From Phoronis australis (taxonomy: Eukaryota > Animalia > Phoronida): a DNA stretch of 64,000 bases. Positions 49,801 through 58,958 of the stretch are shown here, piece after piece. The translations under genes were made by a program, and so were the position numbers. A model generated the notes under the pieces. It saw only the letters and a list, made by a program, of their open reading frames with translations, was not told where the DNA came from and did not search any database. The stretch spans positions 196,797 to 260,796 of the forward strand of contig NMRA01000113.1 in assembly GCA_002633005.1 (NCBI GenBank), given 5' to 3'. The stretch's first letter is position 1; each line of letters starts with the position of its first letter.

Positions 49801-52489
49801 GGGGACATGTACACAGTTGATAACATGAATGGGCTTTTTTGGGTTATAGGTGGGATACCATACTACTGCAAATTTTTTTAGTTTGGGACACAATACGCCG
49901 GGCCGGTCAAGTGAAATTTTATTTTGTCAAATTTCTCAACAAAAATAACTTCAGCATGGTTTGTATGGCATAGCCATTACAAAATTGCATTTGATAAAAT
50001 TTTGAGCATTTGGAACAATGTGTTAAGCCTCTGAACAACAGAAATATGACACTTTTAGCTGTTATTTTTGTCCCAAATTAAAGAATGTTTACTGCACCCA
50101 TTTCTATAGGCTGTGGTCAAACTAAATCTATTTCCTCCATGACTACACGAAGTGATAATGTACAATTTGTTACAGACTGACCATTGGTCATAAGTTTTAC
50201 CGGATAATCAAATAGAACTTCCAATTTCAACTTTCTTTCGCTATTCAACTCTGTTTAATCCCAATACAGGAGTTGCTTGTCAGTCTGATTAATTGGAAAA
50301 TAGGCTTTTGCTTGTTTGCGTTGAGTACGGTACCAATTTAGGACACAATATGGTCCACATATAATTTTTTTTTTCATTTTGTAAAAAAGATATGTACCAA
50401 ATGAATGCTCATGTTGTTTTTAGATCTATGTCATGTCTAACATCCGATAATCATTCTGAGAAATTCTGGCCATTCATAGCAATGTAAGAAACCTTTGAAA
50501 AATGAAAAAATGTCATCAAACTTTCGCAATCATTTTTGTCCAAAAATTGGCAAGATTTTACCGTATGTCTGGTATTTTCACGATTTTAATATCAACTTCC
50601 GTATTATTTTCTGACAAGCTACATGTCTTTTGCCACACACTACACTTTTTGCAAACACATTTCTGTCATAGCAAAACCTGCTCTCAATTAAATTGCTGTT
50701 TGTGAAAGGAGTGGGCCTTTAAAGCCCCATGCAGGGACACTGTTTTCGGTTCATGTTTTTGAGTGGATTTCTTAATATGTCGAGTTGACTTTCTGTAATT
50801 GACTGGATAACCCCACAAACCATATGGAGTTCATTGATTGCTCCATCTTAATTTATTCAAGTTTGAAATTTTAATATTGGATTGTCCTAATTAGGTTTGC
50901 AAGTAAAGAATGCTGTTTGAGAAAATCTCGGTTACTGCCGGTGCTGTCGGTTTTGCTTTTCTGTGCTTCAGTTCAGTAGCAACTTAATTATGTCTTCACA
51001 GGACTGATGTATTCTGGAAGAATTTGAGTGAAGATCTGGTATCATTCTGTAACCATCGCCATGGAGCTGTCACCGTAGATGAGTCAGACGTAAAACTTCT
51101 CATGAAGAGGTCAGTATATGCCCTTGAAAATGAAACCAGTCGACCTTTTGTAAAGCGTAATGTACAGTCAAATCTCACCATTTCAGAAGCAATTTGCACA
51201 TGATTTTAACAGTTATTAGGGTGTGAAAACATGTTATAATCCTAATGAAAAACTGGTACAGCATGCGAGTTGGATGCGACAAAGGAAGTGATAAAGGCAT
51301 GTAGTATGTTTACGAAACTACAGTAATGAGGGCTATTATCTGTTGTAGAGATGTACGCTTGTAAAGAAGCCATCTGTAGTGAACAGTTGAAACCAGTATA
51401 AGGCAGTAACAGTAGAGAGAGACACTTTTATTTTTTTAAATCACATAAAACATACTTTGTAAGTTATATGACTGGGTGGCCAGCAAAGGCACGGGCCGTT
51501 AATAGGCGACCACCGAGTAACAATAAATTAAACAGATATTAATACTTAAGAAGAACTATATAGATAACAACAGAAAAAATACATCTACAATAAAATAAAA
51601 TACATTGCAAGTTTATTTAAATTAAATGTATTTTACAAAGAATTAAACACAGAGACTATTTATACAAGGAAAACCGCACGGTTAGAAAAAGCATATGACT
51701 AAGATGTAAGACTTTGCACGTACTCTGTACATTCTGTTTTCAAGTCGGAATTTTTCGACTTAACTTTTTCACTACCACACGTGCCTTTCGACAAGTTATC
51801 TGGTCACTGCCCAACACCCTAATTGACGAGTTGGATACTTTTCCATTCTTGACCCTCTTAATTCTAAACTCCATGGGAGATAACTACTTTAATGACATCA
51901 GCAGACAATGGGATGGCACCTGTACCAAATCCTGAACAAAAGTCATTATTTTCACATTTACTGAAAAATTTTTGGTAAATCTGTCAAATTACGATCGATG
52001 GAATGGTCTCTAAATAGTCGGACTATTTGACTCAAAATTCAAAATGATTGTGATTCAGGATCCGAGTTCTAAGTGTCACTCGGTAGAGAAGGTATGCACC
52101 AGGGTAAGCTGGGTGTGACTTAAAACTAAAGCCCTTCATTGACCGTTGGTACTGATTTTTTTATCTGAAATCTCTGCCTGGCAAATATCTGCCTCAATGT
52201 ACAATATTAAAATTTCAGTGTGTATCCAACCTCATCTAAGTTTTATAACAAAGCAACTGCGAATAACAATTTTAGAGCATTTTAGTGATTGCACCCTATG
52301 TTATACCTATCCTCAACACTTAAGTGTCATAATGATTTTCTTCAATGTGTTTCTTTTATTTACAGGCAGCGTTTCATAACCAAGAACCAGTCAATGTATA
52401 CTCTGGTAGAGAAACATCTTCCACTGGAGTACCGACAGGAAATCATACCTATGGCTAAATCAGGAAACAAAGTTGTTCCCAAGTACTGA
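37609..52489 (+). CDS. CENPT: Centromere protein T (CENP-T), spliced gene, 10 coding exons, about 569 aa
   Basis: Manually spliced exons: 37609-37803, 41414-41624, 42860-42944, 44208-44341, 44788-44894 (alternative donor after 44906), 45446-45903, 47621-47731, 48462-48638, 51002-51109, 52366-52489. All have AG/GT boundaries with compatible phases and no internal stops (1710 nt). The protein has N-terminal TPRTL-type motifs, an acidic disordered middle and a C-terminal CENP-T histone fold (LPISLTKGIFQHYSRSRVSKAAMAEVEK...LLMKRQRFIT...LVEKHLPLEYRQEIIPMAKSGNKVVP), matching vertebrate CENP-T (LVERHLPLEYRQLLIP..SGN) as I recall it. Confidence 0.93.
39780..40965 (-). mobile_element. HINE-family copy in CENP-T intron 1 (reverse orientation)
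   Basis: The right end reverse-complements to AACAAGAGCAAGGTGGAGCATTGATATGCACCCA; repeated CTAGTGGCA monomers. Confidence 0.6.
41414..41624 (+). CDS. CENPT: CENP-T coding exon 2 (IQGFL...ETPRTIIKNFLVN)
   Basis: Acceptor tttatctccag, donor gttagt; open frame that completes the TPRTL|IQGFL motif. Confidence 0.88.
42860..42944 (+). CDS. CENPT: CENP-T coding exon 3 (ADEETPERQVLTETESTPSSELTSTDTER)
   Basis: Acceptor atattttag, donor gtatgt; phase 1 to 2, fits its neighbours. Confidence 0.75.
43050..43523 (-). mobile_element. Short HINE-family copy in CENP-T intron 3
   Basis: The right end reverse-complements to AACAAGAGCAACAAAGACTATTGAAATGCGCCCACG; CCCTAGTGGCAATT monomer. Confidence 0.6.
44208..44341 (+). 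CDS. CENPT: CENP-T coding exon 4 (FQKLRNVLKPPTP...RRNQTSLKSFAEGVDLI)
   Basis: Acceptor atttttcag, donor gtaaga; motif resembles human CENP-T RRKQRLRLSVFQQGVD as I recall it. Confidence 0.8.
44788..44894 (+). CDS. CENPT: CENP-T coding exon 5 (acidic)
   Basis: Acceptor cttcacag; reads ASQGAEESVFEEEHSGFSGLESIAEDESEVDRDDM. The donor is ambiguous (gtacaa at 44895 or gtttgt at 44907, both phase 0). Confidence 0.72.
45446..45903 (+). CDS. CENPT: CENP-T coding exon 6 (long D/E-rich disordered region)
   Basis: Lies within ORF 45419-45928; acceptor ...aaaag at 45445, donor gtattg at 45904. Confidence 0.8.
46971..47120. repeat. 30-bp minisatellite x5 (AAATGGTGATTGGACAGGAATGATCAGTCT) in CENP-T intron 6
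   Basis: Five copies with one substitution. Confidence 0.97.
47621..47731 (+). CDS. CENPT: CENP-T coding exon 7 (TPLVQETLDRFAVKPRTRPLSPSLVTPLLLKQAKQP)
   Basis: Acceptor ccttcttgtag, donor gtaggt; symmetric phase-2 exon, open, with several S/T-P sites. Confidence 0.72.
48462..48638 (+). CDS. CENPT: CENP-T coding exon 8 (basic linker plus histone-fold alpha1)
   Basis: Acceptor aatttcag, donor gtaagt; LPISLTKGIFQHYSRSRVSKAAMAEVEK. Confidence 0.92.
48665..49665. mobile_element. 1.0-kb non-autonomous DNA transposon with 5-bp TSD in CENP-T intron 8
   Basis: Termini CATAGGCGGATTTAGG and CCTAGATCCGCCACTG; TSD GCTAA at 48660-48664 and 49666-49670. Confidence 0.8.
49334..49402 (+). other. tRNA-like Pol III promoter relic inside the 5-bp-TSD transposon
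   Basis: A box TGGTGTAGTGG and B box GAGTTCGAGTC at tRNA spacing; stems are degenerate. Confidence 0.55.
49882..50078. mobile_element. MITE of about 200 bp (related copies at about 47796-48002 and 50336-50548)
   Basis: TIR TTTGGGACACAATA / TATTTTTGTCCCAAA; shared body ATTTTGAGCATTTG(G/C)AACAATGTG..AAGCCTC. Confidence 0.6.
51002..51109 (+). CDS. CENPT: CENP-T coding exon 9 (histone-fold alpha2-L2-alpha3)
   Basis: Acceptor tcttcacag, donor gtcagt; TDVFWKNLSEDLVSFCNHRHGAVTVDESDVKLLMKR. Confidence 0.92.
52366..52489 (+). CDS. CENPT: CENP-T terminal coding exon
   Basis: Acceptor tttcttttatttacag; QRFITKNQSMYTLVEKHLPLEYRQEIIPMAKSGNKVVPKY then stop. Confidence 0.95.
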
Positions 52490-52614
52490 ACAAACAGCTC
52501 ATGGAGCACGTGCTGTTGTGTCTTACTGACTGGAGAGGCTTGATGTTGATCATATGAAGCTGAATTGAGTCTTCGCCCTAGATATGCTTTCCAGCACTTT
52601 CTGGGCTTAACTCT

Positions 52615-53115
52615 TATTATTACTCTGCGCCTATCAGCACAGAGTCTCGTTATTCTCGGGTTCTTAATATCTTTTTCTTGTTGTCCTTTCCGACTTTTTC
52701 TGGAGCTTAATAACACTCAAGACGACTCGATTTTCAACTTTGAAACTTTCCAAGTACGCCATCCATAAATGTTTCTAAAATATATAGGTACAAAGGTCAA
52801 TTAATTTTCAAAATGTTATTTCTCCTACATTTTGCAAGGAATTCTTTTCAATTTGAGTATACAGGTGTAAGTCTACATGCCAATCAAATGCATTACTTTT
52901 CTAAGTAAATGGGTCATCCAATCACTAAGTTCATTGAGTGCAAAGTTTAGCTAAGATTTTGAGCTAGACACTTCAAATTCACGTATCTGATTGGTACATG
53001 TAATGAGTTCCAATCCAAATTTCCAGGTCATTTGGTGCAACCATGGGGTCATTAGGTCAAAGGATATCTAAATATCTATTCTACTGTGGCAACAGTTAAA
53101 CATCTGTGATTCAGC
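52615..53115 (-). mobile_element. Second HINE-like family, copy 2, just downstream of the CENP-T stop
   Basis: CTAAGATTTTGAGCTAGACACTTCAAATTCAC is the reverse complement of the sequence at about 1597-1627; terminal hairpin ACTCTGCGC...GCACAGAGT at 52622-52645. Confidence 0.55.
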
Positions 53116-55474
53116 ATGATCCACTTTTTTATTTTCTTTAATGTTTAGTTCTGCTATGGTATACGAGCCACCAGTAAGGTTGTAAACTTTCGAAAAAGTC
53201 TCACTTGTGCAGTCACTGTCACTTTCTGACAATAATCCTTCTAGTTGTACATTGTTTTTTGCAATATTGAAAAAACAGCATTTTCGGAGATTTTTCTGTC
53301 GTAAAAAGTCATTTACTACTTAAATTTTAATTAGCATTTTAAATTTTAGAAAGAATTTTATATTAGTGTCCAATGAAATTATCCAACAAATGAATTATAT
53401 GAATGAAAGCATTTGAAATAAACCACGCAAATTTTGTGTAAAATTTCATCTTTTCCTAATTATTGAGTTTCTGTGCTTAAGTGATTTGTACTTGTGATTT
53501 GGTGTTTTTAATGCAAGCTATAGTAATGCTTCGTTTCTCTTATCCTGAAAGCAGTAGAGTGGCGTGTCACCTTTGTCAAAGGATACTGTAAAACTGTTAG
53601 GGACAGGCCTATTCAATTAATGTAGTTGATTAAAAATATGACTACAGTACACACAGAGAATGCGAGCGTCTGTGAAACTATCCAACAGAAAACACTTTTG
53701 CTTTTAATAAAGTTTGTGTAAACGGAAGACCTGCTACTGAACTATAGGGAGTTGATCAAGTGTAGACATGCTTAGGACTGATTATTGTACTGCACTTGTC
53801 CATCATTGAAAATGCTGTTTGAATATGATAAAAATATTTCTCAAATCAATAGAGTTTTGAAGACAAAAAAATGTGCTTTTGTTGTATAATAATTCAATGA
53901 TTAAGATTCTGAAATTCAGCATACATGTTTTGGTTCAATTTGCATACATTGCCATTATTGGAAGGTGAGTAAATTGCCAAATTTATGTGGGTTATTGTAT
54001 GGTATTCAGTGTTGTCCGTGGCTCAGACCAGTGTGCGAGGGTTCCTGATGAATAATTTTGATCACTATTGAGTGTGCCATACAAACTCATATTTTCATAG
54101 ATCTGAATTCTATAACTGCCTCATTTTGAGACTCAGTGATCCTCTGAGTTAATGCAATAAGATTTGAAAAGTTGTTGATTTATTACCTAGGCTTGTGCAC
54201 AGGATGGAAGGTTAAAATTCTGTCATTTTTCACAAAGTAATAGTGAAGTGAGCAATACATTTCTCCTGGAAGCTGTTTTCTTTACCTCTAATTACGGAGC
54301 ATACCAATTGTAAATAGTGTATAAATAAAACTTAACTGTTCATTAACAAAATGTGTTTTTATTAACAGTGACATAACTGTCCAACAATTCATAGTTTACA
54401 TTACATTCAATAAAGAATTTAAAAATAGCAGTACACCAACCTCTCCACATACATAACTTAACCCAAAATTAATAATGAACTTGTACAAGTGAAGGCATGC
54501 AGTGTCTTACACTGATTTAAATTACGATGGTGAAGTAGCATTTCATCATCATCATACATGGAATTTCTCTTACAAGATGCAGCAGGTTCTTATGAAATAC
54601 ACCAGGTCTGTGAAACCTAGGGAAGTAACCACAATCAATTCCAATTACCTGGTTTGGTGAGTTTTGCTGTATATGTAACAAAACAAGAAAGGAATATGGC
54701 ATTGGCCAACTTTAATAACACGGTTTGTATTGGCATGGTCATCCAAACGTGTGACAGATACGCCGCTCCAACTGTATGGATTGCTATAATACAGAATAAA
54801 GTTAACGCACCCTATTAATTATAAAATTGTTGATTTACTCATCTAAATAGCAGGAAACTAAAAAAATAACCTGTACCCTTCATTCAACTCCATACCTGCG
54901 TGTCGTCTTACAAGAAGGAGAAGGGGTTATATTGTTTTTACAAGATGAACACAGCAACTGGAGTTAATTGTACACACTCAACTAGAACATTCAAAACAGA
55001 CACACTGACAATAAAAAGTGAAGAAGTCTGAGCAGCATCAATTTAATACACCTCCACAAGACCGAGTCTCACAGTTACAATATGCACCATTGGAATTTGA
55101 GTGGAAATGATGTAGTGGCATATGAAAACCGCTGACTTTTAGTGATAACAGGTTGTCCATGCAGGTCTCACTGAAAACATTTTATTCACAGTATATGCTT
55201 ACCAGACACAACACTAAAAAATGTGATGTCTTGCTATAGTACCAAATGGTCACAAACAAAAGGACTAGGTGGAACTGATAAGTGAAACTATGTTGATATG
55301 GCCCAAATGATTTTATAATTTGTAATAAAAAAACGTTTGTTATGTAGAGGCTGAATTGTATAATTGTTATGGTTATCTCTGTAGAATATGTGCCTGTATA
55401 TACTGACCGTGAGAGTCTTTGGAAAACTGTAAGTTTATGGTTTCAACAATCCAGTGAGCTATTAAATTAATATA

Positions 55475-55650
55475 CTGTAAACGTTCGGGTTAACGCCCTA
55501 GGCAGTTAAATTGGCAAACCCAAAAATTCAGGGATGGGCGGTTAACCAGACATGGGCGCTTAAAAGTGAAATTTCAAGAAATCGTGGGTGGGCGGTTAAC
55601 CGGACATCGGCGCTTATTACGACAGACAAGTGCCCTAGGCGGTTAATCTT
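55475..55650 (+). mobile_element. Probable left end of a Tc1/pogo-type DNA transposon with subterminal repeats
   Basis: TA followed by CTGTAAACGTTCGGGTTAACGCCC, then repeated GGGCGGTTAACC(A/G)GACAT(G/C)GGCGCTTA motifs. No matching right end found. Confidence 0.45.
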
Positions 55651-56155
55651 ACCTCATGACCTGAGTCCCCACATGACACACGTAGGGGAGATTGGGGAAA
55701 AACGGCCCACTGAGTAAGACAGCCACCTCCTCAGTTTTGTAGTTTAACAAGAGTGGTGCCAGGTGACTACTACACCGGTTTATTGCTCGACCAATAGGGG
55801 TCATGACCACATAATGGTACGAATCTAGCAGAACTGCAGACGACATAAATTGTGGCAAGAAATATTAGATGCCCTTCGAAGTTAAGTGAGTCACAACCTC
55901 CCTTTTGTAGCATATTTAGAAAATGTAATGTACGTAATAAACTTGATTGTGTGATTATAAGCTTAACAGTGGTGCCTTGTGAATGAGAAAATGACAACAA
56001 ATTTAAAATGACCTTGACTTAGTTTTCTCGGTGCATGCTTGAGTGTGGTGATGTCATTGAAGAGTAAGACGGACAGCTGAGTAGTGGAGTAAGACATCTG
56101 ACAGGGTGACCATTTTAGATAGCAGAACTAATTTTTAATATTTCATTTTCAGATA

Positions 56156-56370
56156 ATGCTGTGGAAATATATACAAACATCTTCAAGAAATGCTTGGGAA
56201 AGTGAGGACATGGAGAACACAATCGCCGCAGTGAGAAGGGGAGAGATGGAGTACAAACTGCTGCAAGGCAGTTTGGAGTAACGGTCGAGAACTACTCTGA
56301 AGTGTAGATTTAAAGACCAGAATGTTCAGGTGAAAGGATCCTCCAAAGTTCTTGGTCGTTTTACAGTAAG
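56156..56370 (+). pseudogene. Pogo/Tigger-type transposase N-terminus (pipsqueak HTH), frameshifted fragment
   Basis: Across two frameshifts it reads MLWKYIQTSSRNAWESEDMENTIAAVRRGEM..TAARQFGV..RTTLKCRFKDQNVQVKGSSKVLGRFTV, matching the psq-HTH pattern W...M..A...V..G......AA..FGVP.TTL. Preceded by acceptor tttcattttcag. Confidence 0.75.
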
Positions 56371-56394
56371 TAATAAAACTAATTATATTGAAAA

Positions 56395-57412
56395 ATTAGC
56401 CCTTTCTCGTTATTAAAAAGATAACTGAATTTTTGTGTAAAATTCAAGCTGAGAGATCAAGACCCTTGATTACGGTTCAAGTGGACCACCTAAGCCCTGT
56501 TTTAACTGAGATGTGCAAGACTGGTGACAACCAGATAAGACTTTTAGCGATTTAAATGTAAACGTAAATGATGCTCCCAGTGAGGAAACCGATAATCAAT
56601 AATGTGATGAAACTGAGATTGGTCTAGATAGCAGCATTCCCACCGAGCCCNCCCGTGTTGGCAGGGATGTCTATCTTTCCCAGAGAGGTTGTATTATTAA
56701 GAAACCTGCTCGATTTCTGTCCCCATAATTTAACTTACATGTGTCACTTTAGAGAATTGCATCCAGAGGCTGGTGTTGAATACGAGGAAATAGTGCAAAA
56801 GGGCTCCAGCGACAGGTATACGTGTAGGGAGTGTGCACGGGAGTTCGAAAAAGTGTCAGAGGTGTTTACCCACGAAACAACCTGTTGCCAGACTGTGGGG
56901 CTGTACATATGCCCATGTGGTTTTAAGTCCCCCCGTGCCCACCAGATGCTACGCCACCAAAGGAAGGCCAGCCACACCGCCACCCCCTACAGGAGGAAGT
57001 CGTGAATAAGAAATACTGGAGACGAGTTTAGGAAGTGAAGCTGAGGACGAAGATGGAAGAGCTGTACAGGGAGAGTGTTCCATTTAAGGATGTAATTCTA
57101 GAAAAGTTTAATGGGGACGAGGCTACCTTAATGGAATGGGAACGGTGTCAAGTTGTTTTTGTTGGAGTTTGAGTAAATCATTGTTACTGTTAAATGTTTC
57201 TCCACAGTTAATTGTTGTTGTTTTATATACAGATATTTTATTTCTAGCATTCAATCATTGTCCAACCGGTCAGGTCTTTGTATGTGCAAGTTACTATCGT
57301 TATTTAAAATATCTTGTTATTACGAATTGAAGTTGTCCCTCACTGCTACTACTGTACAATTTTGATCTATGTTAAATGACTTACATTAAATCTGAGGTTG
57401 GGGGAGTGTGAC
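56395..57412 (+). mobile_element. 3' end of an older Gypsy element C (integrase C-terminus, extra ORF, PPT, start of 3' LTR)
   Basis: Frame from 56400 reads PFLVIKKITEFLCKIQAERSRPLITVQVDHLSP (GPY/F-type integrase tail). It is followed by YLSQRGCIIKKPARFLSP-stop (56728), a typical pol end. Purine tract GAGGTTGGGGGAG at 57394-57406 is followed by TGTGAC at 57407. There is a single N at 56651. Confidence 0.7.
56739..57005 (+). CDS. Two-zinc-finger ORF (C2HC plus C2H2) located 3' of pol in element C
   Basis: YTCRECAREFEKVSEVFTHETTC (C-x2-C-x12-H-x3-C) and YICPCGFKSPRAHQMLRHQRKASH (C-x-C-x12-H-x5-H). ATG at 56739, or splice acceptor cactttag ending at 56752. Confidence 0.7.
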   Translation: MCHFRELHPEAGVEYEEIVQKGSSDRYTCRECAREFEKVSEVFTHETTCCQTVGLYICPCGFKSPRAHQMLRHQRKASHTATPYRRKS

Positions 57413-57417
57413 GGGCT

Positions 57418-57548
57418 TGTGATGATATCGTTCCACATTTTATAGCTGCTCACGGTTTACTGCCCGATCCAACTTTTAACATACCCCTTGCCGGAAGTTC
57501 AATCATTGTGCTTTTATTACAACATTACATGCCATAATCGGCATGACA
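57418..57548 (+). repeat. 5' LTR of Gypsy element A (131 bp)
   Basis: Identical to the 3' LTR except that it lacks a 30-bp segment; TGTGATG...CATGACA termini. Confidence 0.95.
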
Positions 57549-57560
57549 TGGTGGCAACGG
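57549..57560 (+). promoter_or_regulatory. Primer-binding site of element A (tRNA-Leu AAG/UAG type)
   Basis: TGGTGGCAACGG immediately follows the LTR; one mismatch to the complement of the tRNA-Leu 3' end CCGCTGCCACCA (recalled metazoan tRNA sequence). Confidence 0.75.
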
Positions 57561-57734
57561 CCTGGAAGTGACCTGCAACTTCCACACTATCAGGCAACCG
57601 TGAGTAACCCGTTGTAAACAAACATTACATTCTGTGAGTTGTCGACGTAACGTTCCGACAAGCAACGACTCACCATCCGCCACGTTCAGTTTCATACAGT
57701 ATCTTGTGTTATTCTACCCTCACCCTTCGACGAT

Positions 57735-58958
57735 TTGGCTACACAATCCGTGTCAGTGCCTCAATTTGACTGGGGATCACCCAACATCGCCGAGTCGTTC
57801 CACCTTTTCCGACAGAGAATGGAACTATACTTCACCGTCAAGGGCACAAAGGCAAGTGAGAAGGTTCCCATCATTCTCCTTGCCACTGGGGAAGAGGGCC
57901 TGCGACGATACAACAGTTGGTCCCTAGGCGAAGAGGATCGCAAAGACGCATATAAAATATTTTCCGCTTTCATCGAACAGCTAGAGCCTGCGACAAACCA
58001 CCGTGTTTGCAGGCTGGAACTCAGCAAATACTACCAGAAACCATCGGAAACGACTGACACATTCATCAACCGATGCCGGCTACTAGCAAAGAAGTGTGAC
58101 TTCACTGACGCCAAGGCAAACGAGCGCCTGGTGGAACTGCTGATTGCAAGTACACCCATCCCTGAGCTGCAAAAAGAACTACTCAACAAACCGAAGGGTT
58201 TCACAATTGAAGCGGCTGTACAGCTAGCTCGTACACACGAGGCATCTGCACAGTATGTCACCCAACTACACACCTTCCAGAATCCCCATCCACAGGTCGC
58301 TGCCGTAAACCGGAACGGTTACCAATACTGAGGGCGTGACAGGAACAGACAAACTCTGTGTCGAAACTGCAGCCATGACCACACTCTCGGCAGAGACTTC
58401 TGCCGCGCCAAGAATGACACCTGCGGTGTGTGTGGCAAGGTAGGCCACTGGGCCACGGTCTGCTTCTCAGCAAAACGTAAAACTAGGAAACGACAAGGGA
58501 GATCAAACTCCAAGGGTCGCAGCCAGTCGCGGCACAGACAAGCTGGTTCCATACAGAAGGTCGACAGTCTCGATAAACACGACGACCACGCCATGAACAA
58601 CATGAGAGCAGCTATGGAAGGCCTCACCTTCAGCACTGTCCACACTTCCAACAGAGATCCCGCTGGTGTAAGAAATGCCCGAGACGAAGCATTTGTTGAT
58701 CTACGCATCAAGCTGAGTGACCACCCAGGAACTCACAACTTCAACCTGAAGGTAGACATCGGGGCACAAGCGAACACATTACCTGTACGTGTATTCCGAC
58801 AGATGTTTCCGAACAGCGTAGACAAGTCTGGAAACCCAATTCCTGAATCACTCATCCCAGCAGGGTGCCTGCTAACTGCCTACAACAGCACGAAGATTAA
58901 CTGCCATGGCACCACAACCATCCAATGTAAATACAGACTCCCCATGGACCAACACTGA
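57735..58958 (+). pseudogene. gag: Gag plus aspartic protease of element A
   Basis: ORFs 57735-58331 and 58428-58958 are in the same frame, separated by an in-frame TGA. Two Zn knuckles (CRNCSHDHTLGRDFC, CGVCGKVGHWATVC). Protease motif KVDIGAQAN (DTG altered to DIG). The start codon reads TTG. Confidence 0.9.

Noticed and set aside
58329-58331. In-frame TGA in gag as programmed read-through
   Set aside because: It lies upstream of the Zn knuckles rather than at the gag-pol boundary, and is most simply a CGA-to-TGA mutation in an element with several other lesions.
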